Below, in pieces: positions 29,269-38,590 of a stretch of 50,740 nt of DNA (its first letter is position 1; each line of letters starts with the position of its first letter). The notes under the pieces are model-generated. The model saw only the letters and a list, made by a program, of their open reading frames with translations. It made no database searches and had not been told where the DNA came from. A program made the translations under genes and the position numbers. This DNA comes from Candidatus Altiarchaeales archaeon ex4484_2 (GTDB lineage: Archaea; Altiarchaeota; Altiarchaeia; IMC4; QMZM01). Where the stretch lies: the NCBI GenBank assembly GCA_002254565.1, contig NJEG01000030.1:1-50740 (forward strand). Reading direction: 5' to 3'.

Positions 29269-29568
29269 TTAAAGGTTTAAATCTATCATCTCCTCGGAAA
29301 AGCCCATATCCATCAGGATATCCTTTATTTTGCTCACGTGATTTCCCTGAAGTTCTATTCTCTCATCTCTTACTGTGCCGCCGCAAGCTAGTTTCTGCCT
29401 CAGATCTTTCGCTATCTTTTGGGTATCCACTTCATCTAAACCATCAACGATGGTCACCATTTTACCGTATTTTCTCCTGTCACTGCGCACTCGAATCCTC
29501 TGAGCCTCCCTAGTCATCTCCTCGCAAACACATAGCTCTTCAGGAAGTCCGCACTTAGGGCAATTCAT
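29269..29568 (-). CDS. Translation initiation factor SUI1 (aIF1)
   Basis: CPKCGLPEELC, YGK.VT, LACGGT and IELQG.H. Confidence 0.95.
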   Translation of the reverse strand: MNCPKCGLPEELCVCEEMTREAQRIRVRSDRRKYGKMVTIVDGLDEVDTQKIAKDLRQKLACGGTVRDERIELQGNHVSKIKDILMDMGFSEEMIDLNL

Positions 29569-29777
29569 TTCTTTTTATTTGTTGTTTTTTGATTTTTAAT
29601 GGTCTTTATTCTCGCAATAGTCTTCTTTATTTCCCTGGTTTCGCCAATATCCTCAGGTATGCCACCAGAGGCAAGCACCCCATTTATCTTCATCAACCCC
29701 TCCTGAAGCTCCCTTAGTTTACCATCCAGTTCTTCCACGTCCATGTCCACCAATTCATGAGAGCGTAATATAACCAT
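29565..29777 (-). CDS. rpl29: 50S ribosomal protein L29
   Basis: ILR..EL, L.EL and IKKTIARIKT; located after S3. Confidence 0.92.
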   Translation of the reverse strand: MVILRSHELVDMDVEELDGKLRELQEGLMKINGVLASGGIPEDIGETREIKKTIARIKTIKNQKTTNKKK

Positions 29778-29810
29778 CTTTTGAATGTTTAATGATAATG
29801 AATTACGTAA

Positions 29811-30145
29811 TTAAATTCCCTTCCTTTTTGACTCAAGCCACGTAACCAGTGACTTCCTGTTACTGCCCTTCTTCTCAGCCTTAATGATTTTATCGTAATC
29901 CACATCATCCATCACCTTAAGCTGTTTCTTTATGTCACCGATATTGCTAGCCAACAAGTCAACGCCTTCCTTTTTCGATTCCTTCTTTATCCCTACTTCC
30001 CCATCCTTAGCCTCTTTCTTCTTAGGCTCTTTCTTCACAGCCTCTTCCTTCACCTTCCCAGCTTTTTCCTTCTCACTCTCCTTCTTCACAGCCCCTTCCA
30101 TCACCTTCTTCGGCTCTTCCTTCACCTTCCCAGCTTTTTCCTTCT
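29811..30145 (-). other. Out-of-frame Lys/Glu-rich C-terminal extension of S3 with terminal helical motif
   Basis: KEKAGKVKEE repeats ending in ...IIKAEKKGSNRKSLVTWLE. There is no independent RBS or start, and the frame begins exactly at the S3 breakpoint. Confidence 0.65.
30042..30145. repeat. 32-bp exact direct repeat in S3 tail
   Basis: CTCTTCCTTCACCTTCCCAGCTTTTTCCTTCT at 30042-30073 and 30114-30145. Confidence 0.9.
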
Positions 30146-30624
30146 GTGGAGTCTCCGGCCTTCTTCATATATCCCTCAGAATATTTCTCCGTTCTGGAAC
30201 GACCACCTTTACCTATAATCTTGCCAGATAATGTAATTTCCACACCCCTAGCTCCAGCACTCATGATTGCTCTAATAGCCCTGTAGACAACCCGCCTCCG
30301 ATACATTCTTCTCTCCAGCGCGGTAGCAATCCTTCGGGCAATCACCTCAGAGTTGAGAACAGGATTCTCCACCCTCTGAACGTCAATAGCCAGGTTCTCT
30401 ATATTATATTTCTGCTCCAACATCCTGGTTAGTTTATTAATGCGCCGGCCTTTTTTCCCGATCACGAGAGGTGGTTTCTCCACGTAAAGATTTATTCTAA
30501 CAGCAAGAGGGGTCTTGTGGATATCCATCCCACAGTATACGGCCTTGCTGAGTTCCCTCCTAAGGAAACTGTCCATCTCGGACCTGATCTTCCCCTCCTG
30601 AATGAAATGCTTCTCCATCGCCAT
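30073..30624 (-). CDS. rps3: 30S ribosomal protein S3 (C-terminal domain truncated at ~30146)
   Basis: KH domain VIGKKG..I..L, M.AGA.GVEI..SGK and GYMKKAG. The final G.iG.kV strands are missing. Confidence 0.9.
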   Translation of the reverse strand: MAMEKHFIQEGKIRSEMDSFLRRELSKAVYCGMDIHKTPLAVRINLYVEKPPLVIGKKGRRINKLTRMLEQKYNIENLAIDVQRVENPVLNSEVIARRIATALERRMYRRRVVYRAIRAIMSAGARGVEITLSGKIIGKGGRSRTEKYSEGYMKKAGDSTEGKSWEGEGRAEEGDGRGCEEGE

Positions 30625-30625
30625 T

Positions 30626-31069
30626 TTATATCTCCTCCACCACAACCTCTACATGCACAAGATCAGCGCTCCACATACGCCACCTGCCCTTTGGCTTCCT
30701 CCGCTTCCTGGAGACGCCTTCCTTAGCTTGTATGTGAACTATCTTCAGTCTCTCCGTATCCAACCCTTTATACTCGGCGTTGGATTCAAGACTCATTAAA
30801 ACCGTGAGTATGCTGGATGCCGGCTTCACAGGGTATTTCCCCGGAGAGCTGCCTTTCCTGTGGCCAACACCCTTCCTGAATTTATTATAAACTATTGGTT
30901 CCTTAAGCAACTGCGTGGACTTGAGCGTTGAGATAGCATCAGACAACATCATACCCCTTATTTTGTCACAGACTACTACTGCATCCTTGAAGGATATGTT
31001 CATGTCCCTTCCCATTGATTTAGCTATTCTGCTCTCGTCCCTTGAATCATAAGAGTAACGCAACTCCAT
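30626..31069 (-). CDS. rpl22: 50S ribosomal protein L22
   Basis: ISFK, GHRK, GKYPVK, NAEYKGLD and HVEVV. Confidence 0.96.
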   Translation of the reverse strand: MELRYSYDSRDESRIAKSMGRDMNISFKDAVVVCDKIRGMMLSDAISTLKSTQLLKEPIVYNKFRKGVGHRKGSSPGKYPVKPASSILTVLMSLESNAEYKGLDTERLKIVHIQAKEGVSRKRRKPKGRWRMWSADLVHVEVVVEEI

Positions 31070-31070
31070 T

Positions 31071-31481
31071 TTATCTAATCGGCACGAACAATGAAGACCT
31101 GGTTGCTCCCACCCCAGGGGAACTATGTTTCACAATCTGCCGGTTGTATGTGAATTCCCCGAGGTAATGACCCAGCATCTCCTGAGTGATAGTTACCTTA
31201 ACGAACTCCTTGCCATTGTATATCATAAAATCCAAGCCCACCATTTCAGGGATTATTGGCATGTCCCTGCAGTGGGTTCTAACTGCTTTTACTTTCTCCC
31301 CATTATCCAAGGCCTTTCTGGCTTTCCTTATTTTCCCCATAAGCTTTGTCTGGCTTTCCGTGAAACCCCTTAAAAGAGAGCGTCTCACATCAGAAGGCAT
31401 TATCTTCACCAGCTCATCCATTGACATAGCCTTCAATCCATCGAGAGTATAGCCCTTGTATTTGAATTCCTTTTTAGCCAT
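31071..31481 (-). CDS. rps19: 30S ribosomal protein S19
   Basis: RTHCRDM, YNGKEF, GHYLGEF and GVGATRSS. Confidence 0.97.
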   Translation of the reverse strand: MAKKEFKYKGYTLDGLKAMSMDELVKIMPSDVRRSLLRGFTESQTKLMGKIRKARKALDNGEKVKAVRTHCRDMPIIPEMVGLDFMIYNGKEFVKVTITQEMLGHYLGEFTYNRQIVKHSSPGVGATRSSLFVPIR

Positions 31482-31484
31482 TCT

Positions 31485-32204
31485 TTATTTCTTCTTTCTA
31501 CCGGTTCTTTTCGCGGCTATATGACCTGCCTTCCTTCCAGGAGGTGCATTTCTGGAGACGGTGGTTGATTTACCCACGTTAGAGTGAGAACCCCCATGGG
31601 GATGGTCTACCGAGTTCATAGCAACACCCCTCACTATTGGATATATCTTATTTCTTGTTTTTTTAGCATGAAATACCTGACCTGCATGAGCCATTGGCTT
31701 ACCTTTCCTGCCCCGGCCAGCCACCCGGCCGATGGTAGAGCGGGAGTTGCTGTTTACTTCGGTGATTCTCTTTGAGGGTAATCGGATATATGTTTTCCCT
31801 GTTTTTTTGTCGTGCGAAACTACGTATGCTGTGGAGCCGGCTGACCTTACAAGCTTTCCGCCGTCTCCTGGACGGGATTCTATGTTGTATACCATGGTTC
31901 CCTCACTTATATCACCCAATCTTTTTATATCGCCCCTGTTTGTTTCCTCCTTCCCGCCTAGGGTAATCCAGTCTCCTTCTTTTATGCCCTCGGGCGCTAT
32001 GTTTTTTATTTCCTTGAAGTTCTCCAGCAGTATCTTGGTCAGCGGAGCAGTCCTCCCAGGGTCATGTATTAACTCCACAACCTGACCAGAGATTTCTTCA
32101 TTGTCGTTGGGGGGATACTTCACTCTCCCCTTGAATCTATGGGAGGGTGACCTGTATCTGGGAGTCCCTTTACCTCTCCTCTGAGTGATTAATCGTTTAC
32201 CCAT
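31485..32204 (-). CDS. rpl2: 50S ribosomal protein L2
   Basis: MGKR...QRRG, HDPGR.AP, PGDGGKL.RS.G and RGVAMN.VDHPHG. Confidence 0.98.
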   Translation of the reverse strand: MGKRLITQRRGKGTPRYRSPSHRFKGRVKYPPNDNEEISGQVVELIHDPGRTAPLTKILLENFKEIKNIAPEGIKEGDWITLGGKEETNRGDIKRLGDISEGTMVYNIESRPGDGGKLVRSAGSTAYVVSHDKKTGKTYIRLPSKRITEVNSNSRSTIGRVAGRGRKGKPMAHAGQVFHAKKTRNKIYPIVRGVAMNSVDHPHGGSHSNVGKSTTVSRNAPPGRKAGHIAAKRTGRKKK

Positions 32205-32210
32205 TTTTTA

Positions 32211-32471
32211 TCATAATACTCCAAAGTGTGATGCTATCTCTTCCGCATTATACTCTGGTGAAAGCCTTACATGAGCTTTCTTTTTCCCCTCGGTAGTCCA
32301 CATGATGTTTGTCTTCAACACTCCCACATCATATAGATCTTCCACAGCTTTCTTCACATCGCTTCTGTTTGCTTTACTGTTCACAATGAATGTAAGCTTG
32401 TTCTCTCTTTCCCTTAACAATGTGGCCTTCTCGCCCATCAACGGATAAAGGATTATTTCATGGCTATCCAT
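32211..32471 (-). CDS. rpl23: 50S ribosomal protein L23
   Basis: P...EKA, NKLTFIV and GKKKA.VRL. Start chosen at ATG 32471. Confidence 0.95.
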   Translation of the reverse strand: MDSHEIILYPLMGEKATLLRERENKLTFIVNSKANRSDVKKAVEDLYDVGVLKTNIMWTTEGKKKAHVRLSPEYNAEEIASHFGVL

Positions 32472-32478
32472 TTTTTCC

Positions 32479-33270
32479 CTAAACCGATAGTTCACCTATC
32501 TTTTTGAGTGCTGACTCAGTCCAGACAGTTAACCTAGCAGGGTGTGTTCCGGGAGCTAGCATCTCCACATCCACATCACTTAACTCCACTATGTCAACGC
32601 CGGGTACATTATCTAGTTTCTTAACTCCCTCGTCTTTTTCTATGAGTATGAGAACGCTTTTCTTTCTCCTGTGTTTCCTGCCCCTCATCTTACCCTTACC
32701 TGACCTTATTTTCTTTTCTCTAGCTCTCTTAAGGTCATCCTCCAAGCCCAAGGCATATAAGGCATCCAGTAGGTCTTTGGTTTTATCTATCTTCTGAAGG
32801 GAATCCTCCACCACCAGGGGTGTTTCCTTGATGTCCCCTATTTTATGCCCTCTTTTTTCAACCAGTGAAACATCTCTTGTTGCTGCTATAGCAGACTTCA
32901 AAGCGAGATCGTATTCTTTCTTGTTCATCTTCAAAGAGTAGTCCCTCATCTTCGGAGGATGAGCTCTCCTACCACCTACAGACTGAGGAACCCTGCGCAC
33001 ATTACCTAACCCTCCTCCACCCGGCTTAATCCTAGGCAGGCGAGACATGCCCCTGTTTATGGTTTGCCTGAATCCACCTCTTCTCCTGCCGTAATAATCT
33101 GCCGAAGTCAACATACCAGAGGAGGGGTTCACGCCGTAAACGCTTCTCTTGTTTGCTTGGAGCATGATAACCGCTCTCTGAATCAGGTCCGGCCTGTATT
33201 CTGTGTCAAAAATGTCAGGTAATTTTACATCACCCTTAGCCTTGCCCGTTAGAGAGTATATGCTGGTCAT
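32479..33270 (-). CDS. rpl4: 50S ribosomal protein L4
   Basis: RPDLI.RA, GGRRAHPP, GKGKMRGR and LAPGTHP.RLT.W. Confidence 0.97.
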   Translation of the reverse strand: MTSIYSLTGKAKGDVKLPDIFDTEYRPDLIQRAVIMLQANKRSVYGVNPSSGMLTSADYYGRRRGGFRQTINRGMSRLPRIKPGGGGLGNVRRVPQSVGGRRAHPPKMRDYSLKMNKKEYDLALKSAIAATRDVSLVEKRGHKIGDIKETPLVVEDSLQKIDKTKDLLDALYALGLEDDLKRAREKKIRSGKGKMRGRKHRRKKSVLILIEKDEGVKKLDNVPGVDIVELSDVDVEMLAPGTHPARLTVWTESALKKIGELSV

Positions 33271-33271
33271 T

Positions 33272-34264
33272 TTATTTTTGCTTTGTGGAAAGGTTTACGT
33301 GTGTTATCTCATAAGTGACATCCTTTTTAGGCTTTCTCGGATGAGTCATCCGTATCAGTCTCTTGGATGGTCCCGGAACAGAGCCCTTAATCAGTACGTA
33401 ATCCTTTTTGACTGTACCATACCGGAGGAACCCGCCCTTGGGGTTTATTTTGCTACCGTCATCTCCCATATACATCAACATCTTGTTGTGTTCCGTTCTA
33501 GTGTGATATCCCATCTGCCCGGGCAATGGCTCCCGCCACATCTTTCTCGCTGGAGTCCACGCCCCCCCACTGCCAATATGCCTCCTGCCTTTACCGGCTT
33601 TCCTCGGCTGCATCCTTACACCATACCTTTTTATCACACCCTGGAATCCCTTGCCCTTAGACACTCCAGTAATGTCTACGCACTGGTTTTCCCTGAAAAC
33701 CTCAGATAGGGATATTAATCCACCCAATTTCTCTTTGGCGTAGTCTAGTTTCTCCCCCATTTCTCCCCCGATATGCATCTCCATCAGGTCGGGTTTTTTC
33801 TTGGAAAGGGATGTTAGCTTAGGTTGAGTGTGTACGATTAGTCGTATGTCAGCTATTTCATCCAGTTTTTTCTCGAGCTCTTTTATCCCATCATCTGGTT
33901 TTTTCTTTTTGGAATCTGGAGTGGTGATTACTCTCTTGAAGTCTTCAGATAGGTTATCCGAGTAGATATCAGAATAAACCTGTAAACCAGTATAGCCTTT
34001 TTTGTAGAAGCGGATAGCAGCAACAGAGAGTGGAGGTGTTTCGAGAACAGTCACTGGAACAAACACCTCAAGACCGGATGTGGGGCTGTTTTTCCGGTGG
34101 TCAATGGCCAGAACGTTACTCATGCCAACCTTGTATCCTGCGAAGCCCAGAATCCTGACCTCCCCGGGATCTGGCCAGAAGTGTATCCTGGGTGTTTCCT
34201 TTTTAGCCCTCTTCCTGGGCACATATGCTAGGCTTCCCGCTCTTGGTTTGCTGTATTTGGCCAT
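33272..34264 (-). CDS. rpl3: 50S ribosomal protein L3
   Basis: PR.GSL, GFAGYK.GM, KGKGFQG, GQMGYH.RTE and KGSVPG. Confidence 0.98.
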   Translation of the reverse strand: MAKYSKPRAGSLAYVPRKRAKKETPRIHFWPDPGEVRILGFAGYKVGMSNVLAIDHRKNSPTSGLEVFVPVTVLETPPLSVAAIRFYKKGYTGLQVYSDIYSDNLSEDFKRVITTPDSKKKKPDDGIKELEKKLDEIADIRLIVHTQPKLTSLSKKKPDLMEMHIGGEMGEKLDYAKEKLGGLISLSEVFRENQCVDITGVSKGKGFQGVIKRYGVRMQPRKAGKGRRHIGSGGAWTPARKMWREPLPGQMGYHTRTEHNKMLMYMGDDGSKINPKGGFLRYGTVKKDYVLIKGSVPGPSKRLIRMTHPRKPKKDVTYEITHVNLSTKQK

Positions 34265-34457
34265 ATTATCCTAGATACTTTGTTGCTGTGAGACGTTTAA
34301 TACCAAATTGAGTCAAAAAACTGGGCAGAGTTTCTGCTGCACTGGATGTCACTTCACATACCATTTTTCACTGTCTGTGCTCACTCTCTTCCAATTTCGA
34401 AAAACATAATCTAATGTTTATAGAATAAGACATTAGAATATGCATATAAAAATGGGC

Positions 34458-35216
34458 CTATAGGCTTAGGGCTGGAAGCATCGTATTTCTTGTTCCAGGC
34501 CCGATACCCAGGATAAATACTAAAACTTTCAGCATCCTGTACAGTATCTCATCTTCCTCCTCCGTGTTGTATTTCTCTAATGCATAGATTACCAGCAGAA
34601 CAATAACCAGCTTCGCAGGTATCATCACAAAAGCACTTCCCCCAAGAGATTGTATAAGAAACCTCGGCAGCAGGTGCTCTTCCTGGAAGCCGTAGAAGTC
34701 ATAGGCTATGAAGGTTGATGAGGCATCCAGCATGTGGGCGAAGATAAGCATGAGGTTGTCTGGTTTATTGAACGGGTTTATTCCAGATACCTTAAAGAAT
34801 AAAGCAACAGCCACTGCCATCAAAGGCGGATAAACTAGTCTTTCAGGGAACGCTATATAGGTAAACAGGTGGAATCCTGTGTAGAGCGCACCAGCTAACC
34901 CAAGTAGGAAGGGCGGGATCCAGTACCCTAACCCTGTGGTTTTTTCCAGCAGCAAACCAAGGAGTATCCCCATTAAACCAACAGCAACACATAGAAGGTA
35001 TACTCCAGGGGTTATATTCCATATCTGGCTTCTCTCGAAAAATCCCACGTCAGCCAGAAGCCTTACGAAAATCCCAAAAAACATGTAGGGTGAGATAAGT
35101 ATGATGAATTTCCTGTCTAATTTTATGTAGGAAAATAGAAACCTCCTCATCAGGTCCAAAACTATAATCAGAATCAGGAGATATATTATGTAGTCAGTTA
35201 CCGAGTAGACGCCCAT
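34458..35216 (-). CDS. DUF63 family membrane protein
   Basis: R.L.D, ITPG.Y, AHMLDASST, Y/F.E.H and LG.GPG.RN. Confidence 0.82.
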   Translation of the reverse strand: MGVYSVTDYIIYLLILIIVLDLMRRFLFSYIKLDRKFIILISPYMFFGIFVRLLADVGFFERSQIWNITPGVYLLCVAVGLMGILLGLLLEKTTGLGYWIPPFLLGLAGALYTGFHLFTYIAFPERLVYPPLMAVAVALFFKVSGINPFNKPDNLMLIFAHMLDASSTFIAYDFYGFQEEHLLPRFLIQSLGGSAFVMIPAKLVIVLLVIYALEKYNTEEEDEILYRMLKVLVFILGIGPGTRNTMLPALSL

Positions 35217-35221
35217 TTCAG

Positions 35222-36850
35222 CTACACCACATCATCCACTATAAACTCCAGCTGGTCGGAGAAGTCACTGTATCTAACCCTTCCCCTCAACGAGATTTCT
35301 TGGTCGACTATTGTTTTTTCCATCTCTTTAAGGGGAGCGAACTCGTCCTGGGTTTTTCCTATAAGGTTCATAACCTCCTCCACGTCCATTCCAAGCACCT
35401 TCTCAGCGTTCTCTTTAAAGGATATGGCCTTGATGCTTCCGGTCTCATCCTCAACGGTGAAAGATAATACGAGATTGGGCACCGGCTCCACATCATCATT
35501 ACATGATTCACAATACCATCCCAAGCCCGTGTTCTGCACACTCCTGCCGCAGCTCTGACAGGTATAATATATTATCCGCTTTTCGTCGTCTATGTGCACT
35601 ATCCTGCCCTTAATCCGCACATAACGGTCCCTGCCTTCCAAATCGATTATGTCTTTTTTGTTCACCAAGGAGTTCTCCACCTCCTCCATGGAAGGTAACT
35701 CTGTCTCCTGGTTCATGGTTAAATTCCCATAATTTCCCACGTGAACCTCAGGCTCGTCGTTGAGGTTTGCCTTAGAGTAGGCGTTCCTGATTTTCACTGC
35801 ATCACCCTTCTTCAGTTCATTCGCTATCTCAGATTTCTCACCCCACAAGACAACTCTTATAGTACCCTCCCCGTCGCTTATAATCAATGAAGCCATATTT
35901 CCTCCGGAGAAACTTCTGGGCTGGAAGACCTGAAGAATTCTTCCCTCGGTAGTGAATCCTGATATATCCGGTTTAATCTCCGTAATCTTTAGTTCACCAA
36001 CCGTTTCCTCCTTCAGAGGGGGTAAATCCAGGTCATTTTTCGTTAAAATAACCCTGCTCCTGTTGCCTGCCTGCAGCTCTAGTTCGTCATTTAAGCCCTT
36101 CCGGATGTATGCGTTCTCTAGTTTCACTGTATCCCCTGTTGAGAGGTCTGTTTCCGCTGAGCTATCCCATAAAACAACCCTTATCGTCCCTGTCTTGTCT
36201 TCCCCTACAAAAGACGCTCTCTTGCCTGTTGAGCCATCGGATCTTACGAACTCGGTTGGGGGATAATAGTTGGAAACCCGGCATAACAGGTTGACTGAGC
36301 TCAGCCCATCGCTGAGGTCTTTTATCTCTTGTTTTTTTTCCTTGAGGGGGGGTAGTTTCACGTCCAGATTAGGGTTTAGGGATATGGTGGTAAGGGAACT
36401 GGCGTGCACTTCCACACTGCCGTCTAACCCCTCTTTTCCGTATCCGTTCCTTACCAGTATGGAATCCCCTATCTGCACCTGCTCGGCTATCCGGGAGTTT
36501 TTATCCCATAAAAGAAGCCTTATCTCCCCGGTTTTGTCTAACAGAATTATGCTCGCCATCTTCCCCTGGCTGCCGTCTTTTCTCTTGAACTCCTTCAGCG
36601 GATAAATAACTTTCGCTCTCCCGTAGACGTTAACCGGCTTCTGGGGTTTGATGTCTTTTATTTCATTTAGTATGATTTTCCCCTCCTTGAGGGGTATGTT
36701 AAGTTCCTTGGCTACGGCATAAACTGCACCATAGTCTGAGAGGAGACCGTGTGTAGCATCCTTCCGTTTATCCATCATCTCCTCGATTTCTTTCTGTGTC
36801 TTCCCCGTCTCCGTGGATATTTTCTTGATTAAGTGATTTACGTCAGTCAT
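35222..36850 (-). CDS. rpa: Replication protein A (multi-OB fold plus Zn finger)
   Basis: Repeated D.TG.IR..LW OB folds, C-terminal CQSC...CESC and DETGSI. Confidence 0.9.
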   Translation of the reverse strand: MTDVNHLIKKISTETGKTQKEIEEMMDKRKDATHGLLSDYGAVYAVAKELNIPLKEGKIILNEIKDIKPQKPVNVYGRAKVIYPLKEFKRKDGSQGKMASIILLDKTGEIRLLLWDKNSRIAEQVQIGDSILVRNGYGKEGLDGSVEVHASSLTTISLNPNLDVKLPPLKEKKQEIKDLSDGLSSVNLLCRVSNYYPPTEFVRSDGSTGKRASFVGEDKTGTIRVVLWDSSAETDLSTGDTVKLENAYIRKGLNDELELQAGNRSRVILTKNDLDLPPLKEETVGELKITEIKPDISGFTTEGRILQVFQPRSFSGGNMASLIISDGEGTIRVVLWGEKSEIANELKKGDAVKIRNAYSKANLNDEPEVHVGNYGNLTMNQETELPSMEEVENSLVNKKDIIDLEGRDRYVRIKGRIVHIDDEKRIIYYTCQSCGRSVQNTGLGWYCESCNDDVEPVPNLVLSFTVEDETGSIKAISFKENAEKVLGMDVEEVMNLIGKTQDEFAPLKEMEKTIVDQEISLRGRVRYSDFSDQLEFIVDDVV

Positions 36851-36889
36851 TTTTTCTTTAAGAGAATTAGAATGAGAAAATAAAAGCTA

Positions 36890-37399
36890 CTACCATTTTT
36901 CGACATGTATATCCAGGCTTCTATCAGGCACATTAGGTATTATTTTAGGATAACCTAAGAGTATTAATGCAACAGGCCTTACTCCAGGTGGTATTTTTAG
37001 TATGCGTATTACGTAGTCTTCGTTGAATGCACCAACCCAGCATGAGGCTATACCAAATGAATATGCTGCAAGCATTATGTTCTGTATCATGGCTGCCGTG
37101 TCCTGTAAAGCATATAGATAAGCTCCTCTTTTGCCGTATTTCCTGGCCGCTACCTTCTGGTGAGTGCATATTACAAGAACAATAGGTGCCTCAGATACAA
37201 ATGACTGGGATGCTGCTCTTGCCATCTGTTTCTTAGATAGGATATCTTTGACTATGACAATGCTTCTTGTCTTAAGGTTCCCTGCAGTGGGCGCCCACTT
37301 ACCAGCATTCAGGATATCAGATAGTGTGTCTAGTTCTATGGGTTTGTCGATGAATTTCCTGACGCTTCTCCTGCCTACTATGGCTTCAAGCACATCCAT
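36890..37399 (-). CDS. Nitroreductase family protein
   Basis: RRSVRKF, APTAGN, QNIMLAA...G..SCWVGAF and LGYP. Confidence 0.93.
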   Translation of the reverse strand: MDVLEAIVGRRSVRKFIDKPIELDTLSDILNAGKWAPTAGNLKTRSIVIVKDILSKKQMARAASQSFVSEAPIVLVICTHQKVAARKYGKRGAYLYALQDTAAMIQNIMLAAYSFGIASCWVGAFNEDYVIRILKIPPGVRPVALILLGYPKIIPNVPDRSLDIHVEKW

Positions 37400-37471
37400 C
37401 AGTTAAAAAATTAGAATAGAAACAGTTAAATAAAAATTAAAGAAAAAAAAAAGAAGATTGGGGTTTTTAGT

Positions 37472-38413
37472 TTATTCCCCAGTTCCGCCTCTCATAGCTA
37501 CGAAATAGACTACCACTATTACAACCACCACACCCACTATTCCCAGAAGCAACATGGTGTTATCGCCCCCTCCAGATGCCTGAGTGGTTGTTGGTGCCTC
37601 AATTGTTGTTGTTGGAGCCTCGGTTGTTGTTGTTGGAGCCTCGGTTGTTGTTGTTGGAGCCTCGGTTGTTGTTGTTGGAGCCTCGGTTGTTGTTGTTGGA
37701 GCCTCGTCGGTTGTTACGGTCGTGGAAACGATTGTGGTAGTTGTTGTTGTTTCACCTGTGAAATCCACAGCTTTTTCTGTAGTCACATAGTCACTTTTCT
37801 CGAACGTTAGTATGTATCTCCCAGCTTCTTCCAAGGTGAAGGTTACTTGACCGTCTTCATCAGTCCAGAGTTTCTCAACCCTGTTCTTCCAGTATTCTGA
37901 ACCAAGGTATACTTGCACCATCACATCCTCTAATGGGTCTTCCCGGTCCCTGTCCTTTACTGTTACCACCACATCTTCTCCTATGATAGTTGAGCTTATG
38001 TCCACATCCATGTAGTGAGTTCTACGGCCTGACTTGGGCACATCTATGTAGTCTACACCAGTATCGTAACCTGTTTTTGTTGCGGTTACCTTGATATGAC
38101 ATCCCTTATCGGCTTTAACACCCTTGAAGACTACTGTATTTATAGTTGCAGGTGGTGCGGCAGCCGTAATCAGTGAGGTGCCATTTGCAGAGTCCACATC
38201 ACAGTATTGTAGCTGGACTGTAACGCCGTTGGAGTCTCCTGCGCTTGCTGTTACTTTAACTGTGACGTCTTCCGCCATCAATCCATCTATTTCATCATCC
38301 TGCCCATCGCTTGAGTTTACTTTCACAGTTAGTGTCTGCGCGGAAACGCTTGTTAATCCTAGAGCGAATATACTCATCAATACTATCCCATAAACCAAAA
38401 CTTTCTTATTCAT
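37472..38413 (-). CDS. Cell-surface glycoprotein with signal peptide, beta-sandwich domains, Thr-rich linker and C-terminal TM
   Basis: MNKK plus hydrophobic leader ending VSA, ATKTGY, TDEDGQV.F, (EAPTTTT)n and a TM followed by basic residue. Confidence 0.8.
   Translation of the reverse strand: MNKKVLVYGIVLMSIFALGLTSVSAQTLTVKVNSSDGQDDEIDGLMAEDVTVKVTASAGDSNGVTVQLQYCDVDSANGTSLITAAAPPATINTVVFKGVKADKGCHIKVTATKTGYDTGVDYIDVPKSGRRTHYMDVDISSTIIGEDVVVTVKDRDREDPLEDVMVQVYLGSEYWKNRVEKLWTDEDGQVTFTLEEAGRYILTFEKSDYVTTEKAVDFTGETTTTTTIVSTTVTTDEAPTTTTEAPTTTTEAPTTTTEAPTTTTEAPTTTIEAPTTTQASGGGDNTMLLLGIVGVVVVIVVVYFVAMRGGTGE
37583..37705 (-). repeat. 21-bp coding tandem repeat (EAPTTTT)
   Basis: GGTTGTTGTTGTTGGAGCCTC four times exactly (37622-37705), plus two degenerate copies. 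Confidence 0.92.
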
Positions 38414-38590
38414 TTTTTTGTTTTCCTCCTAGCTTTTTTAGGTACATCAGCTGAATTTTTGTTTAGCTCTTAATTAAATATGCTTTAATCCTTTAAAAAT
38501 AGGTATAGCATATAAGTATATGAATTATTAATTCTACGCATATAAATATGTTTCGATTTTGATAGGGTATGCTGCTGCTTATTTAGGTGT

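Noticed and set aside
34265-34457. Leader peptide or ncRNA upstream of rpl3
   Set aside because: No convincing ORF or stable fold is visible by eye; left as an ordinary leader or intergenic region.
37583-37705. CRISPR array
   Set aside because: Contiguous 21-bp coding repeats with no spacers; they encode the Thr-rich linker.
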